Assembly: GCF_003019035.1 (NCBI RefSeq)
Contig: NZ_CP027447.1
Origin: Escherichia coli
Lineage (GTDB): Bacteria; Pseudomonadota; Gammaproteobacteria; Enterobacterales; Enterobacteriaceae
Strand: one strand, 5' to 3'
Length of the DNA: 64,000 nt
The notes under the pieces are model-generated. The model made no database searches, was not told the origin of the DNA, and was given only the letters and a program-made list of their open reading frames with translations. A program made the translations under genes and the position numbers. Below, in pieces: positions 34,248 to 44,710 of the stretch. Each line of letters begins with the position of its first letter. Within the stretch, counting starts at the first letter, position 1.

Positions 34248-35621
34248 GTGACCGCTTTTTCTACCCTGAATGTTTTGCCTCCCGCCCAACTCACGAACCT
34301 TAATGAGTTGGGTTATTTAACCATGACGCTGGTGCAGGCCGCCGCGCTTCCGGCGATCCTTGCCGGAAAAGATGTTCGCGTGCAGGCGAAAACCGGCAGC
34401 GGCAAAACGGCGGCTTTTGGCCTCGGGCTGCTACAGAAAATTGATGCGTCGCTATTTCAGACCCAGGCTTTAGTGCTGTGTCCTACGCGTGAACTGGCGG
34501 ATCAGGTGGCAGGTGAATTGCGTCGGCTGGCGCGTTTTCTGCCAAATACCAAAATTTTGACGTTGTGCGGTGGTCAACCGTTCGGTATGCAGCGTGATTC
34601 GTTGCAACATGCGCCGCATATTATCGTGGCAACGCCGGGTCGTTTGCTGGATCACTTGCAAAAAGGCACGGTATCACTGGATGCGCTGAATACTTTGGTG
34701 ATGGATGAGGCCGACCGCATGCTGGATATGGGATTTAGCGATGCCATTGATGATGTCATCCGTTTTGCGCCTGCATCTCGACAGACGCTTTTGTTTTCGG
34801 CAACCTGGCCGGAAGCCATCACCGCAATCAGCGGACGAGTGCAACGCGATCCTTTAGCGATTGAAATTGACTCAACAGATGCTCTGCCACCTATTGAACA
34901 ACAATTTTATGAGACATCCAGCAAAGGCAAAATTCCGCTGTTGCAACGGTTATTAAGTTTGCATCAGCCATCCTCTTGCGTGGTGTTTTGCAATACCAAA
35001 AAAGATTGTCAGGCTGTCTGCGACGCGCTGAATGACATAGGGCAAAGTGCATTGTCGTTACATGGCGATCTGGAGCAACGTGACCGCGATCAGACCCTGG
35101 TACGTTTTGCTAACGGTAGCGCTCGTGTGCTGGTCGCGACGGATGTTGCTGCGCGTGGTCTTGATATTAAATCGCTTGAGCTGGTAGTGAACTTTGAACT
35201 GGCGTGGGACCCTGAAGTTCATGTACATCGCATCGGTCGTACAGCGCGTGCAGGAAATAGCGGTCTGGCGATCAGTTTCTGTGCCCCGGAAGAAGCACAG
35301 CGGGCCAATATCATTTCTGACATGTTGCAGATAAAACTTAACTGGCAAACGCCGCCAGTTAATAGTTCCATTGTGCCGCTGGAAGCAGAAATGGCAACGT
35401 TATGTATCGATGGCGGGAAAAAAGCCAAAATGCGCCCGGGTGATGTATTAGGTGCGCTGACAGGAGACATCGGGCTTGATGGCGCAGATATTGGCAAAAT
35501 CGCCGTGCATCCGGCGCATGTCTATGTCGCGGTGCGTCAGGCTGTTGCTCATAAAGCATGGAAACAGTTACAGGGCGGGAAGATTAAAGGAAAAACGTGC
35601 CGGGTGCGGTTATTAAAATAA
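34248..35621 (+). CDS. dbpA: ATP-dependent DEAD-box RNA helicase (23S rRNA-specific)
   Basis: 457 aa, GTG start; Walker A AKTGSGKT, DEAD box VMDEADRML, SAT, HRIGRTAR. Confidence 0.93.
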   Translation: MTAFSTLNVLPPAQLTNLNELGYLTMTLVQAAALPAILAGKDVRVQAKTGSGKTAAFGLGLLQKIDASLFQTQALVLCPTRELADQVAGELRRLARFLPNTKILTLCGGQPFGMQRDSLQHAPHIIVATPGRLLDHLQKGTVSLDALNTLVMDEADRMLDMGFSDAIDDVIRFAPASRQTLLFSATWPEAITAISGRVQRDPLAIEIDSTDALPPIEQQFYETSSKGKIPLLQRLLSLHQPSSCVVFCNTKKDCQAVCDALNDIGQSALSLHGDLEQRDRDQTLVRFANGSARVLVATDVAARGLDIKSLELVVNFELAWDPEVHVHRIGRTARAGNSGLAISFCAPEEAQRANIISDMLQIKLNWQTPPVNSSIVPLEAEMATLCIDGGKKAKMRPGDVLGALTGDIGLDGADIGKIAVHPAHVYVAVRQAVAHKAWKQLQGGKIKGKTCRVRLLK

Positions 35622-35669
35622 TGAAATGTTGAATTGCCGGGTGCAAGAGTAAACATCTTATTCGGGATT

Positions 35670-35748
35670 GCCGGATGCGACGCTGGCCGCGTCTTCTCCG
35701 GCCTCCATAAGAGTAGCCCGATAAGCTTGCGCATCGGGCGCTATCCGG
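35670..35748. repeat. REP/BIME cluster
   Basis: two REP-like palindromes (GCCGGATGCGACGCTGGCCGCGTCTTCTCCGGCC; GCCCGATAAGCTTGCGCATCGGGCGCTATCCGGG) between convergent dbpA and ttcA. Confidence 0.6.
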
Positions 35749-35749
35749 G

Positions 35750-36685
35750 TTATTTCACTTCAACCACATTCAGTCGTAACTCATCCAACTGATTTTCATC
35801 TTCTTCAGGCTGCCAACCCGCCGGTTGTAGAGGGATCTCTTCGCGATCAAACGCCAGATCACCCCCGTTAACCACTTCAGAACCGTGGGTAATGCCTTTG
35901 AAATCGAACAGGTTGGTATCGCACAGATGCGACGGCACCACATTCTGCATCGCGCTGAACATCGTCTCGATACGCCCCGGATAACGTTTATCCCAGTCAC
36001 GCAACATGTCAGCAATCACCTGACGTTGCAGGTTAGGCTGTGAACCGCACAGGTTGCACGGAATAATCGGGAACGCTTTTGCATCGGCAAAGCGCTGAAT
36101 ATCTTTCTCGCGGCAGTAGGCCAGCGGACGAATAACGATATGTTTGCCATCATCGCTCATCAGTTTCGGAGGCATACCTTTCATCTTGCCGCCGTAGAAC
36201 ATATTTAAGAACAGCGTTTGCAGGATATCGTCACGATGGTGACCCAACGCGATCTTCGTCGCCCCCAGTTCCGTTGCGGTGCGATAAAGGATACCGCGAC
36301 GAAGACGAGAACACAGTGAGCAAGTGGTTTTGCCCTCCGGAATCTTCTCTTTCACGATACCGTAAGTGTTCTCTTCCACAATCTTGTACTCAACGCCCAG
36401 CTTTTCAAGATACTCGGGCAGAACGTGTTCCGGGAAGCCCGGTTGTTTTTGATCGAGGTTAACAGCCACCAGCGAAAAATTGATTGGCGCGCTTTGCTGC
36501 AAATTGCGCAGAATTTCCAGCATGGTATAGCTGTCTTTACCCCCGGAGAGGCAAACCATGATGCGATCGCCTTCTTCAATCATATTGAAGTCAGCAATGG
36601 CTTCGCCCACGTTACGACGCAGACGTTTTTGTAATTTGTTCAGGTTGTATTGTTCTTTCTTACTAATTTCTTGATTTTGCGACAT
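35750..36685 (-). CDS. ttcA: tRNA 2-thiocytidine(32) synthetase (PP-loop ATPase)
   Basis: 311 aa; PP-loop SGGKDS; CxxC pairs; appears intact. Confidence 0.92.
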   Translation of the reverse strand: MSQNQEISKKEQYNLNKLQKRLRRNVGEAIADFNMIEEGDRIMVCLSGGKDSYTMLEILRNLQQSAPINFSLVAVNLDQKQPGFPEHVLPEYLEKLGVEYKIVEENTYGIVKEKIPEGKTTCSLCSRLRRGILYRTATELGATKIALGHHRDDILQTLFLNMFYGGKMKGMPPKLMSDDGKHIVIRPLAYCREKDIQRFADAKAFPIIPCNLCGSQPNLQRQVIADMLRDWDKRYPGRIETMFSAMQNVVPSHLCDTNLFDFKGITHGSEVVNGGDLAFDREEIPLQPAGWQPEEDENQLDELRLNVVEVK

Positions 36686-36826
36686 TTAAAAGCGACTCAA
36701 TTCGTTATATGGCATCAGAAGAGTATGCGTCATGCCGGAACGCCCAGCATAAGAAATCTGATATAAAAACTGTGGCGTGTATGGTACGGATTAGAGGGGA
36801 AAATGTCAGCACATTTGCGAAATGAA

Positions 36827-36853
36827 TCAAAAAGCCCGCAGCAATGTGCGGGC
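36827..36853 (-). terminator. intrinsic terminator after uspF
   Basis: minus-strand hairpin GCCCGCACATTGCTGCGGGC followed by TTTTTGA. Confidence 0.7.
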
Positions 36854-36860
36854 GTTAGTG

Positions 36861-37376
<516 letters not shown>

Positions 37377-37402
37377 TTAGATCAAAGGAGGAAGAATAAG
37401 CA

Positions 37403-37427
37403 GAAAAAGCCCGCCATAACAGCGGGC
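37403..37427 (-). terminator. intrinsic terminator after ompN
   Basis: minus-strand hairpin GCCCGCTGTTATGGCGGGC followed by TTTTTCTG. Confidence 0.65.
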
Positions 37428-37435
37428 AGGAGGAT

Positions 37436-38554
37436 TTAGAACTGATAAACCAGACCTAAAGCGACAATATCATCGGTAGAGATGCCGTTGGCAGCGTAGA
37501 AGCTGTCATCTTCATCCAACAGGTTGATTTTATAGTCAACGTAGGTGGACATATTTTTGTTGAAATAGTAAGTCGCGCCAACATCGGCGTATTTAACCAG
37601 ATCTTTATCACCGTCGGTACCGACCAAATCCTTGCCTTTAGACATCAGGAAAGAGACTGCCGGACGCAGCCCAAAATCGAACTGATACTGCGCAGTAACT
37701 TCAAAGTTCTGGGTTTTGTTGGCAATCGTATTTGTTGAATCACCGTAAGGTGTCATGTTACGCGTTTCAGAATACATGGTCGCCAGGTAGATATTGTTAG
37801 CATCGTATTTTGCCCCGGCAGTCCAGGCGTCAGCCTTATCGCCTTTTGCGGTAGAGAATTCAGCCTGCTGGTTAGTGCGATCGGAGCTGGTATAGGCGGC
37901 ACCAAAACTCATGCCCATACCTAAGTCGTAGGTAGTGGAGATGCCAAAACCGTCGCCATTGGCGTTCTTAATGTTTCGATCACCACCGTTTGCGGTACCT
38001 TCTTGCTCATGGGTGACCTGGTTTTCATTCGCGCCCTGGTACTGTAACGCAAAATTCAGACCATCAACCAGACCGAAGAAATCAGTATTACGATAGGTTG
38101 CTACGCCATTGGCTCGACCGGTCATATAGTTATCGGCTTTGGTATAAGAGTCACCACCGAATTCCGGTAGCATATCGGTCCAGCCTTCGATGTCGTACAT
38201 TACGCCATAATTACGACCATAGTCGAATGAACCCAGGTCACCAAATTTCAGACCGGCAAAAGCAAGACGAGTCCAGGAATCACCTTTATCACCTTCAGAG
38301 CCATTAGCCTGCACGTTATATTCCCACTGGCCATACCCAACCAGTTGATCCGTGATTTGCGTTTCACCCTTAAAACCAAAACGCACGTAAGTTTGATCAC
38401 CATCACTATTGGTATTATCAGAAAAATAATGCAGGCCATCAACTTTGCCATACAGATCTAATTTGTTGCCGTCTTTATTATAAACTTCGGCTGCATGTGC
38501 AGCACCTGCGGCGAGCAGGGCAGGAATTAAAAGTGCCAGTACTTTGCTTTTCAT
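37436..38554 (-). CDS. ompN: outer-membrane general porin (OmpC/OmpF family)
   Basis: 372 aa with signal peptide [21 protein letters not shown] and C-terminal ...GLVYQF beta-barrel signal. Confidence 0.88.
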   Translation of the reverse strand: MKSKVLALLIPALLAAGAAHAAEVYNKDGNKLDLYGKVDGLHYFSDNTNSDGDQTYVRFGFKGETQITDQLVGYGQWEYNVQANGSEGDKGDSWTRLAFAGLKFGDLGSFDYGRNYGVMYDIEGWTDMLPEFGGDSYTKADNYMTGRANGVATYRNTDFFGLVDGLNFALQYQGANENQVTHEQEGTANGGDRNIKNANGDGFGISTTYDLGMGMSFGAAYTSSDRTNQQAEFSTAKGDKADAWTAGAKYDANNIYLATMYSETRNMTPYGDSTNTIANKTQNFEVTAQYQFDFGLRPAVSFLMSKGKDLVGTDGDKDLVKYADVGATYYFNKNMSTYVDYKINLLDEDDSFYAANGISTDDIVALGLVYQF

Positions 38555-38781
38555 TGAATAAATCCTTTAGTTATTTTATTTGCCTTTTATCCCCATTTCG
38601 GGGAGTGAAAACATCCTAAAGGAGAAGTTCAGTTAGCCGATAAATATCATTTGTTACGCCTTAAGTAAAACCTTAATCAAATAATTCCTCTGAAATGATA
38701 ATAAGTCTGGTGAATGTATCGAAGATAATACATACAAAATAAAAATTATACTTTTAATTTGCTATACGTTATTCTTCGCGG

Positions 38782-38891
38782 GTTATATGCCTTTATTGTC
38801 ACAGATTTTATTTTCTGTTGGGCCATTGCATTGCCACTGATTTTCCAACATATAAAAAGACAAGCCCGAACAGTCGTCCGGGCTTTTTTTT
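38782..38891 (+). ncRNA. micC: MicC small regulatory RNA (represses ompC translation)
   Basis: GTTATATGCCTTTATTGTCACAGATTTTATTTTCTGTTGGGCCATTGCATTGCCACTGATTTTCCAACATATAAAAAGACAAGCCCGAACAGTCGTCCGGGCTTTTTTTT recognised, in the ompN-ydbK gap. Confidence 0.85.
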
Positions 38892-38919
38892 AGAATTGGA
38901 TAATCCTTATCCAGAGCAT

Positions 38920-41900
38920 TTAATCGGTGTTGCTTTTTTCCGCTTTTCCGGCCATTTGTGCCAGGAAGTCATAGCGTTTTTGCAAATCAGCTGCAGCATC
39001 TTTCCATAACTGTTCTGCCACTTCTGGCTGCTGCGAATTCAGACGACGGAAACGCTGCTCGTGAAGTAACGTTTCTTCCAGTGCTTCTGACGGCGGGCGT
39101 GAATCCAGCGCCAGCGGCAGTTTGCCTTCATCGGCACGACGAGGATCGAAGCGATATAGCGGCCAGAAGCCGGTAGCAGTGAGTTGGCGCATCTGGTCGT
39201 GGCTGAGAGCCAGATCGTAACCATGCTCTTCACACGGGCTATAAGCGATGATCAGCGATGGCCCCGGATACGCTTCCGCTTCCTGAATCGCTTTCACCGT
39301 CTGGTTCAGCTGTGCGCCGAGAGAAATCTGCGCCACATAAACATGACCGTACATCATCATACTGACGCCAAGATCTTTACGCGCTTTACGTTTGCCGTGC
39401 TCGCCAAACTTAGTTACTGCACCCAGCGGTGTCGCTTTCGACGCCTGGCCACCGGTGTTGGAATAGCATTGCGTATCCAGCACCAGAATGTTGACGTTTT
39501 CCGTCAAACTCAATACATGATCCAGACCACCAAAGCCGATATCGTAAGCCCAGCCGTCACCACCAATCAGCCAGATTGATTTTTCCACCAGAGCATCTGC
39601 GTCACGTAGCAGTTCATGTGCTTCGGCAACATCGTTGAGTTGCTGGCGTAAAGCTGCAACCTGTTCACGACGAATCTCTGGCGTAGCGTCTGATTTCAAC
39701 GCAGTCAGTAATTCCGCCGGGATTTTATCGGCAAATTGATCCAGCAGACGCAGCACGCGGACACGGTGTTGATCGACCGTCAGGCGGAAACCCAGGCCAA
39801 ATTCGGCGTTATCTTCAAACAGCGAGTTCGCCCATGCCGGCCCGCGACCGTTGGCATCGGTAGTATACGGTGTAGAGGGCAGGTTACCGCCATAAATTGA
39901 AGAACATCCAGTGGCGTTAGCGATCAACATCCGGTCGCCATACAGCTGAGTCAGCAATTTAATATACGGCGTCTCGCCACAACCGGAGCAAGCACCGGAA
40001 TATTCAAACAGCGGTGTAATCAGCTGTGATGTACGAATATCAATACGTTCCAGTTTGCTACGGTCGATTTCTGGCAGGTTGAGGAAGAAATCGTAATTGA
40101 TTTTCTCTTCTTCGACATGTTCCAGCCGCGACATCATATTGATGGCTTTAATCTCTGGATTCTGACGGTCTTTCGCCGGGCAAACTTCGACGCACAGGTT
40201 ACAACCGGTGCAATCTTCCGGAGCCACCTGCAAGACATATTTCTGCCCGCGCATATCACGCGATTTCACATCCAGCGAATGCAGGCTGGCAGGGGCGTTT
40301 TCCATCGCTTCAGGCGGTACCACTTTTGCGCGAATAGCTGAGTGTGGGCAAGCAGCGACGCAGTGGTTACATTGGGTACAGAGTTCCTCTTTCCAGATGG
40401 GGATCTCTTCGGCGATATTGCGTTTTTCCCAGCGCGTGGTGCCCATCGGCCAGGTGCCGTCTGGCGGCAGCGCCGAAACGGGGAGGGCATCACCAAGCCC
40501 GGCGAGCATCGCCGCGGTTACGGTTTTCACGAAATCAGGGGCGGCATCGGAAACCACTGGCGGTCGATTGGCGCTGTGCGGATTTACTGGTTGCAGCGGA
40601 ACTTCTTCTACGGATTCACGTGCCAGCGCCAGAGCCTGCCAGTTGCGTTCCACCAGATCCTGACCTTTGCTACTGTAACTTTTGGCAATCGCACCCTGCA
40701 ATTCTGCGAGGGCGCTATCGCCAGGCAGAATTTGCGTAAGATGGAAAAAAGCCATCTGCATGACGGTATTAATACGGGCCGCCAGGCCACATTCGCGGGC
40801 GATTTTCGCCGCGTTAATCACATAGAAGCGCGCTTTTTTCTGGTTTAACACGGCCTGAACTTCCTGCGGCAAGCGCGACCATACTTCATCTGCGCTGTAC
40901 GGCGTGTTGAGCAGGAAAATGCCGCCAGGTTTTAAACGTTCAGCCATCTGATATTTATCGATAAACTGCAACTGGTGGCAGCCAACAAAATCAGCCTGGG
41001 AAATCAGATAAGCGGAACGAATCGGCTGTTCGCTCACGCGAAGGTGAGAAACCGTCAGGCCGCCCGCCTTTTTGGAGTCGTAAACAAAATAGCCCTGTGC
41101 GTACCACGGCGTGGAATTACCGATAATCTTGATATTGTTTTTGGTCGCGGAAACGCTGCCATCACTACCAAGGCCATAAAACAAGGCTTCAAGTTTCGCC
41201 GAGTTTGGCAGGGTGTTTTCCGGCAACGGCAGTGACAGATTGGTCACATCATCGTAAATACCAACCGTAAAGCGCGCTTTCGGTTTAGCCGCGTTGAGCT
41301 CGGCAAATACCGCCAGTACACAGTCCGGGCCAAATTCTTTGGATGAAAGACCATAGCGCCCACCAATGACACGGGGCAGGGTTTCGCGCTCGCCATTATT
41401 AAAGGCTTCTGCCAGTGCGGTCATCACATCCAGGTACAGGGGTTCCGCTTGCGCACCTGGCTCTTTGGTGCGATCCAGCACCGCCACTGTCCGAACAGAG
41501 TCCGGCAACGCTTGCAGTAAGTGTTTGGCGGAGAAGGGGCGGTACAGGCGAACTTTCAGCACGCCGACTTTTTCGCCACGGGTTAGCAATTCATCAACCA
41601 CTTCTTCACAGGTGCCAATGGCTGAGCCCATCAGGATAATCACCCGTTCCGCTTGCGGATGCCCATAATACTCAAACGGCTGATACTGACGACCTGTCGC
41701 GGCAGCGAAATCATTCATCGCCTGTTCAACATGGTCATAGACCGCGTTGTACCAGGGGTTGGTGGCTTCGCGAGACTGGAAATAAGTGTCAGGATTGGCG
41801 GACGTACCGCGGATCACCGGATGTTCCGGGTTGAGCGCCCGGGCGCGATGAGCATCAATTTCGGCCTGCGGCATGAGATCAAGAATAGTGTCATCGGCCA

Positions 41901-42444
41901 GCGGGACAATTTTATTGATTTCGTGGGACGTGCGGAAACCATCAAAGAAATGAATAAATGGCACGCGGCTTTTCAGCGTCGCGATGTGCGAAATGAGAGC
42001 AAAGTCTTGCGCTTCCTGGACGTTTGCCGCACACAACATCGCGCAACCCGTCTGGCGCACCGCCATAACGTCGGAATGATCGCCAAAAATAGAGAGTGCA
42101 TGTGTGGCAACGGTACGTGCCGCTACATGCAGGACAAACGGTGTGAGTTCGCCTGCCAGTTTGTACAGCGTCGGGATCATCAGCAGCAAACCCTGCGATG
42201 ACGTAAACGATGTTGAAAGGGCACCCGTCTGCAAAGCGCCATGCACGGTAGCGATAGCACCCGCTTCCGACTGCATTTCAACCACGCGTGGTGTGTCTCC
42301 CCAAACGTTCTTCAAGCCGTTTCCGGCCCAGGCATCAGCCTGTTCTGCCATCGTGGAACTGGGGGTAATAGGGTAGATGGCGATAACTTCACTGGTGCGA
42401 AACGCCACCGAAGCAACCGCGCCATTACCGTCAATAGTAATCAT
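38920..42444 (-). CDS. ydbK: pyruvate:flavodoxin/ferredoxin oxidoreductase (PFOR)
   Basis: 1174 aa; two 4Fe-4S ferredoxin motifs (CTQCNHCVAACP, CTGCNLCVEVCP), TPP-binding GGDGWAYDIG. Confidence 0.95.
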   Translation of the reverse strand: MITIDGNGAVASVAFRTSEVIAIYPITPSSTMAEQADAWAGNGLKNVWGDTPRVVEMQSEAGAIATVHGALQTGALSTSFTSSQGLLLMIPTLYKLAGELTPFVLHVAARTVATHALSIFGDHSDVMAVRQTGCAMLCAANVQEAQDFALISHIATLKSRVPFIHFFDGFRTSHEINKIVPLADDTILDLMPQAEIDAHRARALNPEHPVIRGTSANPDTYFQSREATNPWYNAVYDHVEQAMNDFAAATGRQYQPFEYYGHPQAERVIILMGSAIGTCEEVVDELLTRGEKVGVLKVRLYRPFSAKHLLQALPDSVRTVAVLDRTKEPGAQAEPLYLDVMTALAEAFNNGERETLPRVIGGRYGLSSKEFGPDCVLAVFAELNAAKPKARFTVGIYDDVTNLSLPLPENTLPNSAKLEALFYGLGSDGSVSATKNNIKIIGNSTPWYAQGYFVYDSKKAGGLTVSHLRVSEQPIRSAYLISQADFVGCHQLQFIDKYQMAERLKPGGIFLLNTPYSADEVWSRLPQEVQAVLNQKKARFYVINAAKIARECGLAARINTVMQMAFFHLTQILPGDSALAELQGAIAKSYSSKGQDLVERNWQALALARESVEEVPLQPVNPHSANRPPVVSDAAPDFVKTVTAAMLAGLGDALPVSALPPDGTWPMGTTRWEKRNIAEEIPIWKEELCTQCNHCVAACPHSAIRAKVVPPEAMENAPASLHSLDVKSRDMRGQKYVLQVAPEDCTGCNLCVEVCPAKDRQNPEIKAINMMSRLEHVEEEKINYDFFLNLPEIDRSKLERIDIRTSQLITPLFEYSGACSGCGETPYIKLLTQLYGDRMLIANATGCSSIYGGNLPSTPYTTDANGRGPAWANSLFEDNAEFGLGFRLTVDQHRVRVLRLLDQFADKIPAELLTALKSDATPEIRREQVAALRQQLNDVAEAHELLRDADALVEKSIWLIGGDGWAYDIGFGGLDHVLSLTENVNILVLDTQCYSNTGGQASKATPLGAVTKFGEHGKRKARKDLGVSMMMYGHVYVAQISLGAQLNQTVKAIQEAEAYPGPSLIIAYSPCEEHGYDLALSHDQMRQLTATGFWPLYRFDPRRADEGKLPLALDSRPPSEALEETLLHEQRFRRLNSQQPEVAEQLWKDAAADLQKRYDFLAQMAGKAEKSNTD

Positions 42445-42717
42445 ATGACACCCTTACATTGCGCAAATGAGGGGCGCACGAAATTGCTGCGCGCCCAGTA
42501 GTAATCCTTCAATTTTAGCAAATGGCTTTCTTCTGCATTTTCGCTTTTGTGTCCCCCACATCAGCGTAATGAATGTTTTGATCAAACAGAGGGCAAAAAA
42601 ATAGCCATAAAAAAGTAAAAATGCGGGGCAACGCGCAGGACAGCTCTCGACGCCGCCCTCTGTGCTGCCTATTATTTATGGCGGTGTCGTTTGGCTTGAA
42701 GATCAGAGGAAGAAAAG

Positions 42718-42984
42718 ATGCGAGCAGCGTTTTGGGTAGGGTGTGCCGCTTTATTGTTGTCGGCGTGTAGTAGTGAACCTGTTCAGCAGGCGACTGCGGC
42801 GCACGTAGCGCCAGGTTTAAAAGCGTCGATGTCCAGTAGTGGAGAAGCAAATTGTGCAATGATCGGCGGTTCGCTTTCTGTTGCCCGTCAACTGGATGGT
42901 ACGGCGATTGGGATGTGTGCATTACCCAACGGCAAACGCTGTAGCGAACAGTCACTTGCCGCCGGGAGCTGTGGCAGCTATTAA
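42718..42984 (+). CDS. ydbJ: DUF333 small lipoprotein
   Basis: 88 aa; lipobox LLLSAC. Confidence 0.75.
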   Translation: MRAAFWVGCAALLLSACSSEPVQQATAAHVAPGLKASMSSSGEANCAMIGGSLSVARQLDGTAIGMCALPNGKRCSEQSLAAGSCGSY

Positions 42985-43403
42985 TTCATTAAATCCGCCA
43001 GCTTATAAGTTAATGTCTGTTTCGCGGTCGCCAGCGTTAACTGGTTCGCGGTCAGATCCACTTGTGCACCTTCTTTCAGCATTTCGCTAATGGTGTTATC
43101 GAGTTCATTAAGCTGCGGGTTAGCGCACATCATACGGGTCATTGCCAGCCCTTTGGCTGTCAGTTCACCATTAGACAGTTTGCCTTCACCGCTAAAGCGG
43201 TTACACATGCTGCCGGAAATCATCATTTTTTCACCAAAGCTGATTTCTGGCGGATTTTTATCGCTGGTCACGGGCTTACCGTTTACGCTTTCCAGCACAA
43301 AGCGATGATGCTGTAGCTGTTCTGGCGTAACAGCAATTTTGTCATTACTTACACATCCCGCCATCAGCAGGCTTAGCGCAACAAACGCGGCTACTTTCTT
43401 CAT
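42981..43403 (-). CDS. hslJ: heat-shock lipoprotein HslJ (META domain)
   Basis: 140 aa from MKKVAAFVALSLLMAGC (lipobox); 3' end overlaps ydbJ 3' end by 4 bp. Confidence 0.85.
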   Translation of the reverse strand: MKKVAAFVALSLLMAGCVSNDKIAVTPEQLQHHRFVLESVNGKPVTSDKNPPEISFGEKMMISGSMCNRFSGEGKLSNGELTAKGLAMTRMMCANPQLNELDNTISEMLKEGAQVDLTANQLTLATAKQTLTYKLADLMN

Positions 43404-43513
43404 TGTGGTTCTCAATTACAGTTTCTGACTCACGACTATTTTAAGAATAGAGAATGAAAGGTCATTGGGGATTATCTGAATCAGCTCCCCTGGATTGCAG
43501 GGGAGCGGCAAGA

Positions 43514-44503
43514 TTAAACCAGTTCGTTCGGGCAGGTTTCACCTTTTTCCAGATTGCTTAAGTTTTGCAGCGTAGTCTGAGAAATACTGGTCAGAGCTTC
43601 TGCTGTCAGGAATGCCTGGTGCCCGGTAAACAGCACGTTGTGGCAGGCAGACAGGCGACGGAATACGTCATCCTGGATCACGTCGTTGGATTTATCTTCA
43701 AAGAACAGATCGCGTTCGTTCTCATACACGTCCATACCCAACGAACCAATTTTCTGATTTTTCAGCGCTTCAATTGCTGCCTGAGAATCAATCAATGCAC
43801 CGCGACTGGTATTGACGATCATCACGCCATTTTTCATCTGTTCGAAGGCAGCTTCGTTCAACAGATGATAGTTTTCCGGTGTCAGCGGGCAGTGCAGAGA
43901 GATAACGTCTGATTCAGAGAACAGGGTTGGCAGATCGACATACTCCACACCGAGTTCCAGCGCCGCCGCACTTGGATACGGATCGAACGCCAGCAGACGC
44001 ATACCAAAACCTTTCAGAATGCGCAGCATTGCCACACCGATTTTACCGGTACCGATAACGCCTGCCGTTTTGCCATACATAGTAAAGCCGGTCAGACCTT
44101 CCAGAGAGAAGTTGGCGTCACGGGTACGCTGATACGCGCGGTGAATACGGCGGTTCAGCGTCATCATCATACCGATGGCATGTTCAGCAACGGCTTCTGG
44201 ATCATAGGCTGGAACACGGACTACTTTCAGCCCCAGTTCTTTTGCCGCGTCAAGGTCGACGTTATTGAAACCGGCACAGCGCAGGGCGATATATTTAACG
44301 CCGTGCTTTTTCAGCTCTTCCAGCACCGGGCGGCTGCCGTCATCGTTTACGAAAATACATACCGCTTCGCAGCCATTGGCAGTTTTAGCGGTTTTTTCCG
44401 TCAGCAGAAAGTCAAAAAATTCCAGCTCAAAGCCAAAGGACTCGTTCACCTGTTGCAGGTACTTCTTGTCGTACTGTTTTGTGCTATAAACGGCGAGTTT
44501 CAT
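43514..44503 (-). CDS. ldhA: fermentative D-lactate dehydrogenase (NAD-dependent 2-hydroxyacid dehydrogenase)
   Basis: 329 aa; Rossmann GVIGTGKIG; sequence MKLAVYSTKQYDKKYLQQVNE recognised. Confidence 0.95.
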   Translation of the reverse strand: MKLAVYSTKQYDKKYLQQVNESFGFELEFFDFLLTEKTAKTANGCEAVCIFVNDDGSRPVLEELKKHGVKYIALRCAGFNNVDLDAAKELGLKVVRVPAYDPEAVAEHAIGMMMTLNRRIHRAYQRTRDANFSLEGLTGFTMYGKTAGVIGTGKIGVAMLRILKGFGMRLLAFDPYPSAAALELGVEYVDLPTLFSESDVISLHCPLTPENYHLLNEAAFEQMKNGVMIVNTSRGALIDSQAAIEALKNQKIGSLGMDVYENERDLFFEDKSNDVIQDDVFRRLSACHNVLFTGHQAFLTAEALTSISQTTLQNLSNLEKGETCPNELV

Positions 44504-44710
44504 AAGACTTTCTCCAGTGATGTTGAATCACATTTAAGCTACTAAAAATATTTTACAAAATTTCAAATATAATTGAAAGCTATGGCGATATTGAAAAATT
44601 CATCAACAACTATGCTTAGTGTAGGCGCAACCTTCAACTGAACGGTTAAACATGCCACAATACCCGTATTGAATGCTTAATTTTTCGCTAAATCAGGATA
44701 TTAACTACCC

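Noticed and set aside
42445-42717. GC-rich hairpin (GGGGCGCACGAAATTGCTGCGCGCCCC-like) in the ydbK / ydbJ divergent region as a possible riboswitch or attenuator
   Set aside because: A single short hairpin without recognisable riboswitch consensus; more plausibly an ordinary promoter-proximal structure. Left unannotated.
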